From positions 192,001 to 256,000 of the forward strand of contig CAXXWC010000003.1 of NCBI GenBank assembly GCA_963668645.2: a stretch of 64,000 bases of DNA. The letters are read 5' to 3'. Source of the DNA: Desulfobacterales bacterium (GTDB taxonomy: Bacteria > Desulfobacterota > Desulfobacteria > Desulfobacterales > UBA2174). A program made the position numbers and the translations under genes. The notes under the pieces are model-generated. The model saw nothing but the letters and a program-made list of their open reading frames with translations. It searched no databases and was not told the origin of the DNA. Shown one piece after another: positions 9,675 to 18,760 of this stretch (position 1 is the stretch's first letter; every line of letters begins with the position of its first letter).

Positions 9675-9712
9675 GGCACCCGGTGCCCTTCGATGGGCGG
9701 GTGCCTTTTTTT
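9675..9712 (+). terminator. Intrinsic terminator after purM
   Basis: ggcacccg...cgggtgcc stem followed by T tract. Confidence 0.7.
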
Positions 9713-9755
9713 ATGCGCCCTTGGCCGCCTTCCAGGGACGCGGATCGGATGGCGG

Positions 9756-10754
9756 ATGAAAATCCTCGGCATCGAAAGTTCCTGCGATGAAACCGCCGCC
9801 GGCGTGGTGGCAAACGGGCACACCATCCTCAGCTCGGTGGTCGCCTCCCAGGTGGACGTACATCGCCCCTATGGGGGAGTGGTGCCCGAGTTGGCCTCGC
9901 GCCAGCATATCCAGGCGGTGGTGCCCGTGGTCACCCAGGCCCTGGCCGAAGCCGATCTGAAGGCCGCCCAGTTGGACGGGATCGCCGTAACCCGCGGTCC
10001 AGGACTGATCGGCTCTTTGCTGGTGGGGTTTTGTTTTGCCAAGGCGTATGCCTGGGCCCTGGACCTACCCTGGGTCGGCGTCAACCATCTCGAAGGGCAC
10101 ATCCATTCGGTGTTTCTTGGCGCCGCCCCCCCGCCGTTTCCCTTCGTAGTCCTGATGGTCTCCGGAGGGCACACCTGCCTCTATCATGTCACGGGGCCAA
10201 CGGTGATGGAGATGATGGGCCAGACCCGGGATGACGCCGCCGGGGAGGCCTTCGACAAGGTGGCCAAGATGCTCGATCTCGGCTACCCAGGCGGGGTGGT
10301 GATCGACCGCCTGGCCATCGAGGGCGACCCGTCGCGGATCAGGTTCCCGCGCCCGTTTCTGGACCGCAACGGATTCGATTTTTCCTTTTCCGGTTTGAAA
10401 ACCGCCGTGCTGCGATACCTGCAAACCCATGAGACGCCATCTGAGCAGGACACGGCCGACATCGTGGCCGCCTTCCAGGAGGCGGTGGTCGACGTGCTGG
10501 TGCTCAAGGCCCTGGCCGCGGCCCGGGCCAAGGGCTGCCGCCATCTGGCACTGGTGGGCGGGGTGGCGGCCAACCGCCGCCTGAGGCAGCGGCTGCGGGC
10601 CGAGGCCGAGGCCGAAGGGATTACGGTGCACATCCCGCCGGTCTCCCTGTGCGGCGACAACGCCGCCATGGTGGCCGCGGTGGGCTACCACTATCTTGCG
10701 GCCGGCCGGGCCGCGACCCTGGACGACGACGTCTTTTCGCGCAACCGGTTTTAG
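9756..10754 (+). CDS. tsaD: tRNA t6A threonylcarbamoyltransferase
   Basis: MKILGIESSCDET, GGVVPELASRQH, NHLEGH, SGGHT, DDAAGEAFDK, DNAAM. Confidence 0.97.
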   Translation: MKILGIESSCDETAAGVVANGHTILSSVVASQVDVHRPYGGVVPELASRQHIQAVVPVVTQALAEADLKAAQLDGIAVTRGPGLIGSLLVGFCFAKAYAWALDLPWVGVNHLEGHIHSVFLGAAPPPFPFVVLMVSGGHTCLYHVTGPTVMEMMGQTRDDAAGEAFDKVAKMLDLGYPGGVVIDRLAIEGDPSRIRFPRPFLDRNGFDFSFSGLKTAVLRYLQTHETPSEQDTADIVAAFQEAVVDVLVLKALAAARAKGCRHLALVGGVAANRRLRQRLRAEAEAEGITVHIPPVSLCGDNAAMVAAVGYHYLAAGRAATLDDDVFSRNRF

Positions 10755-10809
10755 GGTTGACGGACCAGGATCAGCCGGGGGCAGGTGCACGATCGATTCA
10801 GGCTGGAAA

Positions 10810-10977
10810 ATGGGCGAGGTCTTTGAAATCCAGGGAAAACTCTTGGATGCCGGAGCCGAGTTCAGAAAGGTTCGTGCCATTGCCAGTCGTCTGGCTTCAA
10901 TATTCCCGCAAAACCCGAAATATACCGACGCCGTCACAGTGGCCGACGAGCGGCTTCAGCGTTTAGAGAGGAAATAG
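10810..10977 (+). CDS. Possible small helical hypothetical protein or gene fragment (55 aa)
   Basis: Fills the gap between tsaD and nagZ; MGEVFEIQGKLLDAGAEFRK... resembles a TPR-like helix pair. Confidence 0.3.
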   Translation: MGEVFEIQGKLLDAGAEFRKVRAIASRLASIFPQNPKYTDAVTVADERLQRLERK

Positions 10978-11015
10978 GCGCTGGGCGGCCTTCCTGCCTC
11001 GTGCCCCTCACAATT

Positions 11016-12041
11016 TCAGGTCTGCTTTCCCCGGCCGAGCCAGCGCTGCTTGACCAGCCGCATCCGCTGCCAACAGATCCCGGCGCGCCGGTTCATGGCG
11101 GGGTCCTTTTCAATCACACGGCAGATCGCTCCATGGGCTGCCTCGATGGCCGGACCGGCATGGCAGATCAGGGCCAGGTCGACATCGGCGGCCAGGATCC
11201 GATCGACGGCCGTCTCGATGGTAATCGCCGGCCGGATGGCCCCCATGTCCAGATCGTCGGTCATCACCAGCCCGTCGTAACCCATCTTGCCACGCAAAAG
11301 GTCACGGACCACGGCCGCCGACAGACTCGCCGGCCAGTCGGGATCGAGAGCCGGGTAGCGGATATGGCTGAGCATCACGCCGGCGACGTTGTGGGTAAAA
11401 GCCCGGGCAAAGGGGGGCAGATCGAAGGCGGCGAGGCTTTCGGCCGAGGCATCGAGCACCGGCTGGACCTTGTGCGAATCGGCCGTGGTGCGCCCGATGC
11501 CCGGAAAGTGCTTGGCCACCGCCATGATCCCTTCAGCCTGCAGGCCGTCGATCACCGCCGCGCCCATGGTCCCCACCCGCTCCGGATCGGCCCCGAAGAC
11601 CCGCGGGGCCATCACGCTGTTCATGCCGGCCGGGGCCACGTCGAGGACCGGGGCCATGTTCATGTTGAATCCCAAATCGCGCAGCATGCGTCCCATGGCG
11701 CGGGCACCGGCCTCGGCCGCGGCGGCATCGGGAATCTGCGGTGCGGCGGGAAATTCCTCGAAGTGCGGCTGGCGCAGGCGCGCCACAGTTCCGCCTTCCT
11801 GATCCACGGCCACCAGCAGCGGCGGCCGGCCGGTGGCCGCGGCGCAGGCCTGGCAGTCGCCGATCAGTCCCCTCACCTGCTCCGGGGTTTCGATGTTACG
11901 TGCGAATAGAATGACACCGGCCACTGCCAGATCGGCGATCAAAAAACGCAGCTCGCTGTCCAGGGCCGTTCCATCGAAGCCCACCATCAGCCGCTGGCCA
12001 GCCAGGGCCTGGATATTGATTGCCGTTTTGAACCGGTCCAT
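11016..12041 (-). CDS. nagZ: Beta-N-acetylhexosaminidase (GH3)
   Basis: GVILFARNI, VAVDQEGGTV, KHFPGIG..DSH, TDDLDMGA. Confidence 0.93.
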   Translation of the reverse strand: MDRFKTAINIQALAGQRLMVGFDGTALDSELRFLIADLAVAGVILFARNIETPEQVRGLIGDCQACAAATGRPPLLVAVDQEGGTVARLRQPHFEEFPAAPQIPDAAAAEAGARAMGRMLRDLGFNMNMAPVLDVAPAGMNSVMAPRVFGADPERVGTMGAAVIDGLQAEGIMAVAKHFPGIGRTTADSHKVQPVLDASAESLAAFDLPPFARAFTHNVAGVMLSHIRYPALDPDWPASLSAAVVRDLLRGKMGYDGLVMTDDLDMGAIRPAITIETAVDRILAADVDLALICHAGPAIEAAHGAICRVIEKDPAMNRRAGICWQRMRLVKQRWLGRGKQT

Positions 12042-12044
12042 GTG

Positions 12045-13115
12045 CTACCGCCCCAGTTGATAGCGGCGTACCGCCAGCCGGTGTTCGGCGTAGGTGGCCG
12101 AAAACTGGTGGGTGCCGTCGTTGCGCGAAACAAAGAACAAATAGTCGCTGGCGGCCGGGAAAAGGGCCGCCTCTAGGGCCGCGGCCCCGGGGCTGGCGAT
12201 GGGCCCCGGCGGCAGCCCTTTGATCAGATAGGTATTGTAAGGCGTCCGGGTGGCCAAGTGGCGGCGCGTCAGGTTGCCGTCGAAATCCTCGATCCCATAG
12301 ATCACGGTGGGATCGGTCTCGAGACGCATACCGCGCCGCAGCCGGTTGTGGAAGACCGCGCTGATCAGAGGGCGCTCGGACGCATCGCCGGTCTCTTTCT
12401 CGATGATCGAGGCCAGGGTCACCACCTGGTGCACGGTCCAGTCCATCTCACGGGCACGGGCCCGCCACTGCGGACCGAAGACCTGGTCGAAGCGGGCCTT
12501 CATTGCCAGGATCATGTCCTGCGCCGCGGCGCCCCTGGCAAAACGATAGGTGTCCGGGAAAAGATAGCCTTCGAAGCTTGCGGCCGTGATCCCGGCCCGG
12601 GCCGCCAGTTCCCGGTCATGGGCTGCCGCCTGGAAAACGGCGGCCTGGGCCAGTCCCGCATCATCCAGCAGGGCGCCGATCTGCCTCAGGTTGTACCCTT
12701 CCGGAATGGTGACGCGATGCAGTTGCACCTTGCCGCGCACCAGCGCATCGAGCATCTCCAGGGGTGTCATGGCCGGAGAAAGCAGGTACTCACCGGCCTG
12801 CAGCAACTTGTCGCTCCCCTTCAGGCGGGCCAGAAGCCGGAACTTGAGCGGCGCACGAATCAGCCCGGCGCCGGCCAGATCGTCCGCGATCCGGCTCATC
12901 GCGCGACCGTGGGCGATCTGGACGATCCGCTCGGCGCCGTCCCTGTCGGCGGGCTGCCGGGCGTATTCCCAAAGGTCCAGGCCGACGGCCGTCAGCCCGC
13001 AAAAAGCTACGAAGAAAATCAATAAAACGGCGGAAAAAAGTTTTCGTGCCAAGAGCCACTCCGGTGGGTTGACCTGTCGCCGGGGCAACGGTCGGACTGT
13101 AAGGTCGCGCCACAC
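12045..13115 (-). CDS. mltG: Endolytic transglycosylase (start uncertain)
   Basis: TM helix, VTIPEG, EGYLFPDTY, LASIIEKET, LETDPTVIYG, PYNTY..GLPPGPI. Confidence 0.95.
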   Translation of the reverse strand: MWRDLTVRPLPRRQVNPPEWLLARKLFSAVLLIFFVAFCGLTAVGLDLWEYARQPADRDGAERIVQIAHGRAMSRIADDLAGAGLIRAPLKFRLLARLKGSDKLLQAGEYLLSPAMTPLEMLDALVRGKVQLHRVTIPEGYNLRQIGALLDDAGLAQAAVFQAAAHDRELAARAGITAASFEGYLFPDTYRFARGAAAQDMILAMKARFDQVFGPQWRARAREMDWTVHQVVTLASIIEKETGDASERPLISAVFHNRLRRGMRLETDPTVIYGIEDFDGNLTRRHLATRTPYNTYLIKGLPPGPIASPGAAALEAALFPAASDYLFFVSRNDGTHQFSATYAEHRLAVRRYQLGR

Positions 13116-13322
13116 TATAGGGCAGGCACCGGCCGGTTGTCAAAAACCGCAAAAAAAACCGAAACGCTTTTCCTTGACATTCACGGACAAAGCCAATAAG
13201 GATCCCCGGTAAGGCAAAACCCTTGCAAAACGAGGGGTTGTAAAAAATGCCGTAGATTTATTGAATGAATCATTCTTTAATTCGGGCCACTGGTGCGGCC
13301 CAAAACGGCGAGGGAAAATCGC

Positions 13323-13538
13323 ATGGTCGAAGCCCAGAAAAAACCCAAGTTGAAGGAGCACAGGATCAATCAGGCCTGGTGCAAGGGGTGCGGTATCTGT
13401 GTGGCATTTTGCCCCAAGAACGTACTTGAACTCGACGACAAGGAAAAGGCGGTGGCAGCCCGGCCCGAAGACTGCATCGCCTGCAAGCTTTGCGAACTCA
13501 GGTGTCCTGACCTGGCCATCGAAATCATCACGGAGTAA
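13323..13538 (+). CDS. korD: 2[4Fe-4S] ferredoxin, 2-oxoacid:ferredoxin oxidoreductase delta subunit
   Basis: CKGCGICVAFCP and CIACKLCELRCP; first gene of the operon. Confidence 0.88.
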   Translation: MVEAQKKPKLKEHRINQAWCKGCGICVAFCPKNVLELDDKEKAVAARPEDCIACKLCELRCPDLAIEIITE

Positions 13539-13547
13539 AGTGCTGCG

Positions 13548-14696
13548 ATGAAACCAAATGTCAGATTTGTTCAGGGAAACGAGGCCTGCGTGGAAGGGGC
13601 CCTGTATGCCGGGCTGCAATTTTTTGCCGGCTATCCCATCACGCCGTCAACGGAAATCGCCGAGGGTCTCTCGGCCCGGCTGCCGCAGATCGGCGGCAAG
13701 TTTATCCAGATGGAGGACGAGATCGCCTCCATGTGCGCCATCATCGGGGCCTCGCTCACCGGCCACAAGGTGATGACGGCCACCAGCGGACCGGGATTCT
13801 CCCTTAAACAAGAGGCCCTGGGCTATGCGGTGATGGCCGAGATCCCCTGTGTGATCGTCAACGTGCAGCGCGGCGGGCCGTCCACCGGCAACCCCACCCA
13901 CGTGGCCCAGGGTGACGTGATGCAGGCGCGCTGGGGAACCCACGGCGATCACGCCATCGTTGCCATGACCGCCTCGAACCACCAGGACGTATTCGCCGTC
14001 ACGGTGGAGGCCTTCAACATCGCCGAGACCTACCGCACGCCGGTTGTCCTGCTGTTCGATGAGGTCGTAGGCCACATGCGCGAAAAGCTGACCATTCCCG
14101 AACCGGGAGAAATTGCGCTGGTCGAGCGGCTGCACACCTCGTTGCCCGGGGGGGTGGACTACCACCCCTATCTGCCGCGCGAGGACGGCCGGCTGCCGAT
14201 GAGCGATTTCGGCGGGGTGCACCGTTACAACGTCACCGGACTGTTTCACGACATGTGGGGCTTTCCGTCGGACAACCCGGGAGTAGTCCACGGCCTGATG
14301 CGCCACCTGGTGGACAAAATCGAAAACAACACCTACAAAATGGCACGGTACAAGGAGTATTTCCTCGATGACGCCGAGACCGTGTTCATCTCCTACGGCA
14401 GTTCGGCCCGTTCGGCCCTGCACGTGGTGCGCAACCGCCGGGCCCGGGGCGAACGGCTCGGGCTGCTCGAACTGCAGACCCTGTGGCCCTTTCCGGCCGC
14501 CATCGTGCGCGAAAAGTGCAGCCAGGCTCGCTCGGTGGTAGTGGCCGAGATGAACACCGGCCAGATCATGCGGGAGGTCAAGGCAGCCGTGAGCGAACCG
14601 GAAAAGGTCTTTTTGGCCAACCGCATCGACGGCACCCTGATCACGCCTACCGATATTCGCAACATCCTGCGGCTCATCCAGGGGAGAGGAGTCTGA
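13548..14696 (+). CDS. korA: 2-oxoacid:ferredoxin oxidoreductase alpha subunit
   Basis: GNEA, AGYPITPSTE, QMEDE, TATSGPGFSL, QRGGPSTG. Confidence 0.92.
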   Translation: MKPNVRFVQGNEACVEGALYAGLQFFAGYPITPSTEIAEGLSARLPQIGGKFIQMEDEIASMCAIIGASLTGHKVMTATSGPGFSLKQEALGYAVMAEIPCVIVNVQRGGPSTGNPTHVAQGDVMQARWGTHGDHAIVAMTASNHQDVFAVTVEAFNIAETYRTPVVLLFDEVVGHMREKLTIPEPGEIALVERLHTSLPGGVDYHPYLPREDGRLPMSDFGGVHRYNVTGLFHDMWGFPSDNPGVVHGLMRHLVDKIENNTYKMARYKEYFLDDAETVFISYGSSARSALHVVRNRRARGERLGLLELQTLWPFPAAIVREKCSQARSVVVAEMNTGQIMREVKAAVSEPEKVFLANRIDGTLITPTDIRNILRLIQGRGV

Positions 14697-14699
14697 CCC

Positions 14700-15503
14700 A
14701 TGGCTGTCAAAGATTATATTCGTGAACGGTTTTTTCCGCACATCTGGTGCGCCGGCTGCGGCCACGGCATCATTCTCAACAGCCTGCTGCGGGCCGTGGA
14801 ATCGCTCGGCATGAGCAAAAACGAAATCGTGATGGCCTCGGGGATCGGCTGTTCGAGCCGCATCTCGGGGTATCTCGACTTTCATACCCTGCATACGATT
14901 CACGGTCGGGCCCTGGCCTTTGCCACGGGGGTCAAGCTGAGCCGCCCGGAGCTGAACCTGATCGTGCCCATGGGCGACGGGGACGCGTTGGCCATCGGCG
15001 GCAACCACTTCATCCACGCGGCCCGGCGCAACATCGACATCACCGCCATCGTGATGAACAACCGCATCTACGGGATGACCGGGGGCCAGTTCTCTCCCCT
15101 TTCGGGTTACGGGATCATGGCCACCACGGCCCCCTATGCCACCGTGGACCAGGGCTTCGACGTGGTCGAGCTGGCCCGCGCGGCCGGGGCCACCTTCGTG
15201 GCCCGTTCGACCACCTACCATGTGCAGCAGCTGACCAAGCTGCTGCGCGAAGCGATCCTGCACGAAGGCTTTTCGGTGGTCGAGGTCCTGACCCAGTGCC
15301 CGACCTATTTCGGGCGGCGCAACAAGCAGGGCGGGGCGGTGGAAATGATGAACTGGCTCAAGGACAACACCACGCCGGTGGGCTCCAAGGCCAAGGCGGA
15401 AAACCCGGCCCTGATCGAACGCGGCGTCTTCGTACAAAAGGAGCTGCCCGAGTACTGCAAGGCTTACGACCAGGTCATCGAACGGGCCCAGAAAGGAAAA
15501 TAG
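14700..15503 (+). CDS. korB: 2-oxoacid:ferredoxin oxidoreductase beta subunit (TPP-binding)
   Basis: WCAGCG, GIGCS, HGRA, GDGD...NN.IYGMTGGQ. Confidence 0.92.
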   Translation: MAVKDYIRERFFPHIWCAGCGHGIILNSLLRAVESLGMSKNEIVMASGIGCSSRISGYLDFHTLHTIHGRALAFATGVKLSRPELNLIVPMGDGDALAIGGNHFIHAARRNIDITAIVMNNRIYGMTGGQFSPLSGYGIMATTAPYATVDQGFDVVELARAAGATFVARSTTYHVQQLTKLLREAILHEGFSVVEVLTQCPTYFGRRNKQGGAVEMMNWLKDNTTPVGSKAKAENPALIERGVFVQKELPEYCKAYDQVIERAQKGK

Positions 15504-15505
15504 CC

Positions 15506-16045
15506 ATGGAAAGATGCAGAATCGTATTTTCCGGCTCCGGCGGCCAGGGGGTGATCACGGCGGCCATCCTGCTGGCCGAGGCGGCGGTGATCGAAGAAGG
15601 GCTCAACGCGGTGCAGACCCAGGTCTACGGCGCGGCGGCCCGGGGCGGGGCCACGCGCTCGGACGTGATCGTGGCCGAAGAGGAGATCTTCTTTCCCAAG
15701 GTGCTCCAGCCCAACGTGCTCGTGTGCCTGACCCAGGAGGCCTATAACAAGTTTTATCCCATCATCCGGCCCGGGGGGCTGTTGATCACCGATCCGCGCT
15801 ACGTCCAGCTCGAACGCAAGGTGGACGCCCGCCAGCGCCAGCTGGACATGTTCCGCACGGTGATGGATCGCATCGGCAAGCCCATCGTGTTCAACATCTG
15901 CATGCTCGGGGCGGTCATCACCCTGACCGGGCTGATCAAGCCCGAATCGGTGATGAAGATGCTCGAACGGCGCCTTCCCGCGGCTTTTATCGACATGAAC
16001 CGACAGGCCCTGGAGATCGGCATCGAACTGGCCGAGGCAGCCTAG
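15506..16045 (+). CDS. korC: 2-oxoacid:ferredoxin oxidoreductase gamma subunit
   Basis: SGSGGQGVI, QTQVYGAAARGG; ATG 15506 inside the longer ORF. Confidence 0.9.
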   Translation: MERCRIVFSGSGGQGVITAAILLAEAAVIEEGLNAVQTQVYGAAARGGATRSDVIVAEEEIFFPKVLQPNVLVCLTQEAYNKFYPIIRPGGLLITDPRYVQLERKVDARQRQLDMFRTVMDRIGKPIVFNICMLGAVITLTGLIKPESVMKMLERRLPAAFIDMNRQALEIGIELAEAA

Positions 16046-16067
16046 AGCATCGCGCGATCCTCTTGCC

Positions 16068-16099
16068 AGCGCCACCCTGCCGCGGCAGGGTGGCGCTTT
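16068..16099 (+). terminator. Hairpin terminator after kor operon
   Basis: agcgccaccctgc-cgcg-gcagggtggcgct perfect 13-bp stem, short T run. Confidence 0.65.
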
Positions 16100-16111
16100 G
16101 TATTCCCGGCT

Positions 16112-17272
16112 ATGGCTTCTGGAACCGAAAACGCCGCCGGCATCTACATTCACCTGCCGTTTTGCCGGCGCAAATGCCCTTACTGCGATTTTTATTCGGT
16201 GCCCGGCAACGGCTCAGGCCGCCGGGCGTTTCTCGATGCGCTGCACCGCGAGTCGGCCCTGCGCGCCGCGCCGCGGCTCAACCCGGACACCCTCTACTTC
16301 GGGGGCGGCACCCCTTCCCTCTTTACCCCCTGGCAGATCGCGGGCCTCATCGAAATGGTGCGCGCGGACTTCGGTCTGGCCGCCGGGGCCGAAATCACTC
16401 TGGAAGCCAATCCCGGCACACTTCGGCCCGAGAACCTGATCGCCTATCGCCGCGCCGGGGTCAACCGCCTCAACCTCGGGGTCCAATCCTTTGATGACCG
16501 CTGCCTGGCCTTTCTCGGGCGGATCCATGATGCGGCCCAATCCCGGCAGGCGATCGACCAGGCCAGGGCCGCCGGCTTCGAAAACATCGGCATCGACCTG
16601 ATCTATGCCCTGCCGGGCCAGACAGGCAACGCCTGGCGGAGCGAACTGGCCATGGCCCTGGAACGGACGCCGGCCCATCTCTCCTGCTACATTCTGACCT
16701 ATGCCCCGGGAACCCCGCTGGACGACCAGCGCCGGCAGGGCCGGGTGCGGCCCCTGAACGACACCCAGGTGGCGGCCCTGTTTGAAACCACGGTCGAAAC
16801 CCTGATCGGTGCCGGATTCGTCCATTACGAAATTTCCAATTTTGCCCTGAACGGCCACCCGCCCCTCTGGTCTTGCCACAATCGCAAATACTGGAACGGC
16901 AGCGCCTACCTGGGCCTCGGTCCGGCGGCCCATTCCTTCGACGGGATCCACCGCAACTGGAACGATGCGGATCTGGACGGCTATCTGGATGCCTTAATAC
17001 ACGGGAAGCGGCCACCGGGGGGCGTGGAAAGCCTGACGGTGGAGCAACGGATGAGCGAGGCACTTCTTCTCGGCCTGCGCCAGACCGAGGGGATTGACAC
17101 CGCCCTTTTCGAGGCCCGCTTCGCAGTCGACTTCGAGCGTCTCTTCGGCCCGGTACTGGCCGATCTGGCCGAATCCGGGCTGGCCAGGACCGAATCGGGC
17201 CGCCTGCGGCTGACCCGGCGCGGCCTGCTGGTGGCCGACGCCGTGGCGGTGCGGATGGCGGGCTGCTTTTGA
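16112..17272 (+). CDS. hemW: Radical SAM heme chaperone (HemN-like)
   Basis: YIHLPFCRRKCPYCDF, YFGGGTPS, HYEISNF, HNRKYW. Confidence 0.92.
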   Translation: MASGTENAAGIYIHLPFCRRKCPYCDFYSVPGNGSGRRAFLDALHRESALRAAPRLNPDTLYFGGGTPSLFTPWQIAGLIEMVRADFGLAAGAEITLEANPGTLRPENLIAYRRAGVNRLNLGVQSFDDRCLAFLGRIHDAAQSRQAIDQARAAGFENIGIDLIYALPGQTGNAWRSELAMALERTPAHLSCYILTYAPGTPLDDQRRQGRVRPLNDTQVAALFETTVETLIGAGFVHYEISNFALNGHPPLWSCHNRKYWNGSAYLGLGPAAHSFDGIHRNWNDADLDGYLDALIHGKRPPGGVESLTVEQRMSEALLLGLRQTEGIDTALFEARFAVDFERLFGPVLADLAESGLARTESGRLRLTRRGLLVADAVAVRMAGCF

Positions 17273-17344
17273 AAAGGCGCAGGGCAGAAGGCCTGGGGCA
17301 GAAAACAGAAGACGGCCCCTTCCCCAGCTGTTCTCTGTCTTCTG

Positions 17345-17368
17345 ATCGCGGTTGAAAACCGCTTCCAC
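17345..17368 (-). repeat. Single REP-like palindrome, same family as 42530-42599
   Basis: atcgcggttgaaaaccgcttccac vs atcgcggtttaaaaccgctcccac (22/24 identical). Confidence 0.7.
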
Positions 17369-17418
17369 TGTCCCGTTCTCTGTCCTCCGCCCTCTTTCTT
17401 TTCCGTCCTCCGATCCTC

Positions 17419-18711
17419 TCAGGTCGACAAGGTCTTGATCAGCACACTGAGATAAAAACGCGCGTGACTGATGGGGGCCGCCATGTTGGCCCGGTGGTTG
17501 GCCAGAATCCCGCTCAGGCTGCTGTTGGTGATCACGATGGGATCGATCTCAATGGCATGGTGGCACGATTCGATGGCGTGGTGGAGCACTTCGATGCCGC
17601 GACGGGCCTCGATGGTGGGGTAAAAGTCTTTTTCAATGGCATGTAAGATTTCGTACAGGGCGCTGGCCACTCCCTTGGCGTAAAAGAAGTAGTCGTCCGC
17701 GGCAAAAAAGCTCACCTCGGTGCCATCATCTTCTTTGGCCTTGACCAGGTTTTCATCGCAACTTCCCAGCAGGTCTTCGTAGGCCACCAGCAAAGGGATG
17801 AGGTTGTCGGTGCGGGTCCAGAAGCGCGCCTCGCCCCGCTTGAGCCTATCCCGGTATATGGCCAGTTCCTTGAGCCCGTCTTTGTACTTGCCCTCCGGTG
17901 AGGGGAACCAGTAGCGATCGGCCGAAACCATGAACCAGTTCATGGCGTTTTCCAGATTCTTGTCGAAGGATTCGGTGCTGCCGGCCCGGGAAATGCGTTC
18001 GGCCAGGGTCACCGCCGTGCGCCGGGTCACTTCCAGAACCCCGAGCTGGTAATTGTTGACGTTGTCGGTAAAATCGATGATGTCGTTGGGCCGCCAGCCC
18101 CAGAAGCGATCATACAGTTCGTGGTGCATCGTCTTGATGACCGCATCCACAAAGGCCACGCCTTTAACCGATGGGGCGCCTTGCGCAGCCCCATGTTCGC
18201 CCGCAACGCTATGAGCGGCAACGGGATGGGATGGCGCAGAGGCCTTGGCAGCGGTGTGCGTGGCCGGCGCATGGGCTTGTGGGGCCGCCGCCGTCTGCCC
18301 CTCGTCCGCATGGGAAGCCGGACCATGGGCGGCTGCCTCGGGCTGTTGGTGGTCGGCGGACGCATGCGGCTCAGCGCCGGCATCATGGGCGGCCGCAGGA
18401 GCCGGGGCCTGTACATGAGACGCTTCGCCGGCCGGCGTATGGTCACCGGTGGTGTGGGCCGCAGTGGCGGTTTCGTGGGCGGCCGGTGTCCCGGTGGTGG
18501 CATGCGCCTCCTGGCTGGTTACGTGAGCCGACGGCGCCGGTTGTGTCTTCCGGTCCGACACCCAACCGGCCACGGTGGCCGTGACCCATAACAGCGCGAT
18601 GAACAAAACGATGACCACCGCCATCCGTTTGGTGGCAAAACGCTTGAAGTCCGATGGGTTCTCCGGCGCCTGATCCTGTCCAGCTTCGGTTTGGTTATCC
18701 ATATCTGCCAT
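17419..18711 (-). CDS. DUF2333-family membrane-anchored protein with His/Ala-rich linker
   Basis: TM helix, low-complexity linker, then GWRPND...DNVNNYQLGVLE...RTDNL...ADDYFFYAKG...ANHRANMAA. Confidence 0.8.
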   Translation of the reverse strand: MADMDNQTEAGQDQAPENPSDFKRFATKRMAVVIVLFIALLWVTATVAGWVSDRKTQPAPSAHVTSQEAHATTGTPAAHETATAAHTTGDHTPAGEASHVQAPAPAAAHDAGAEPHASADHQQPEAAAHGPASHADEGQTAAAPQAHAPATHTAAKASAPSHPVAAHSVAGEHGAAQGAPSVKGVAFVDAVIKTMHHELYDRFWGWRPNDIIDFTDNVNNYQLGVLEVTRRTAVTLAERISRAGSTESFDKNLENAMNWFMVSADRYWFPSPEGKYKDGLKELAIYRDRLKRGEARFWTRTDNLIPLLVAYEDLLGSCDENLVKAKEDDGTEVSFFAADDYFFYAKGVASALYEILHAIEKDFYPTIEARRGIEVLHHAIESCHHAIEIDPIVITNSSLSGILANHRANMAAPISHARFYLSVLIKTLST

Positions 18712-18760
18712 GGCTCAATCTTTCGTATTGATGGGTTGATCGCCGCCTCAAGGACAGCGA

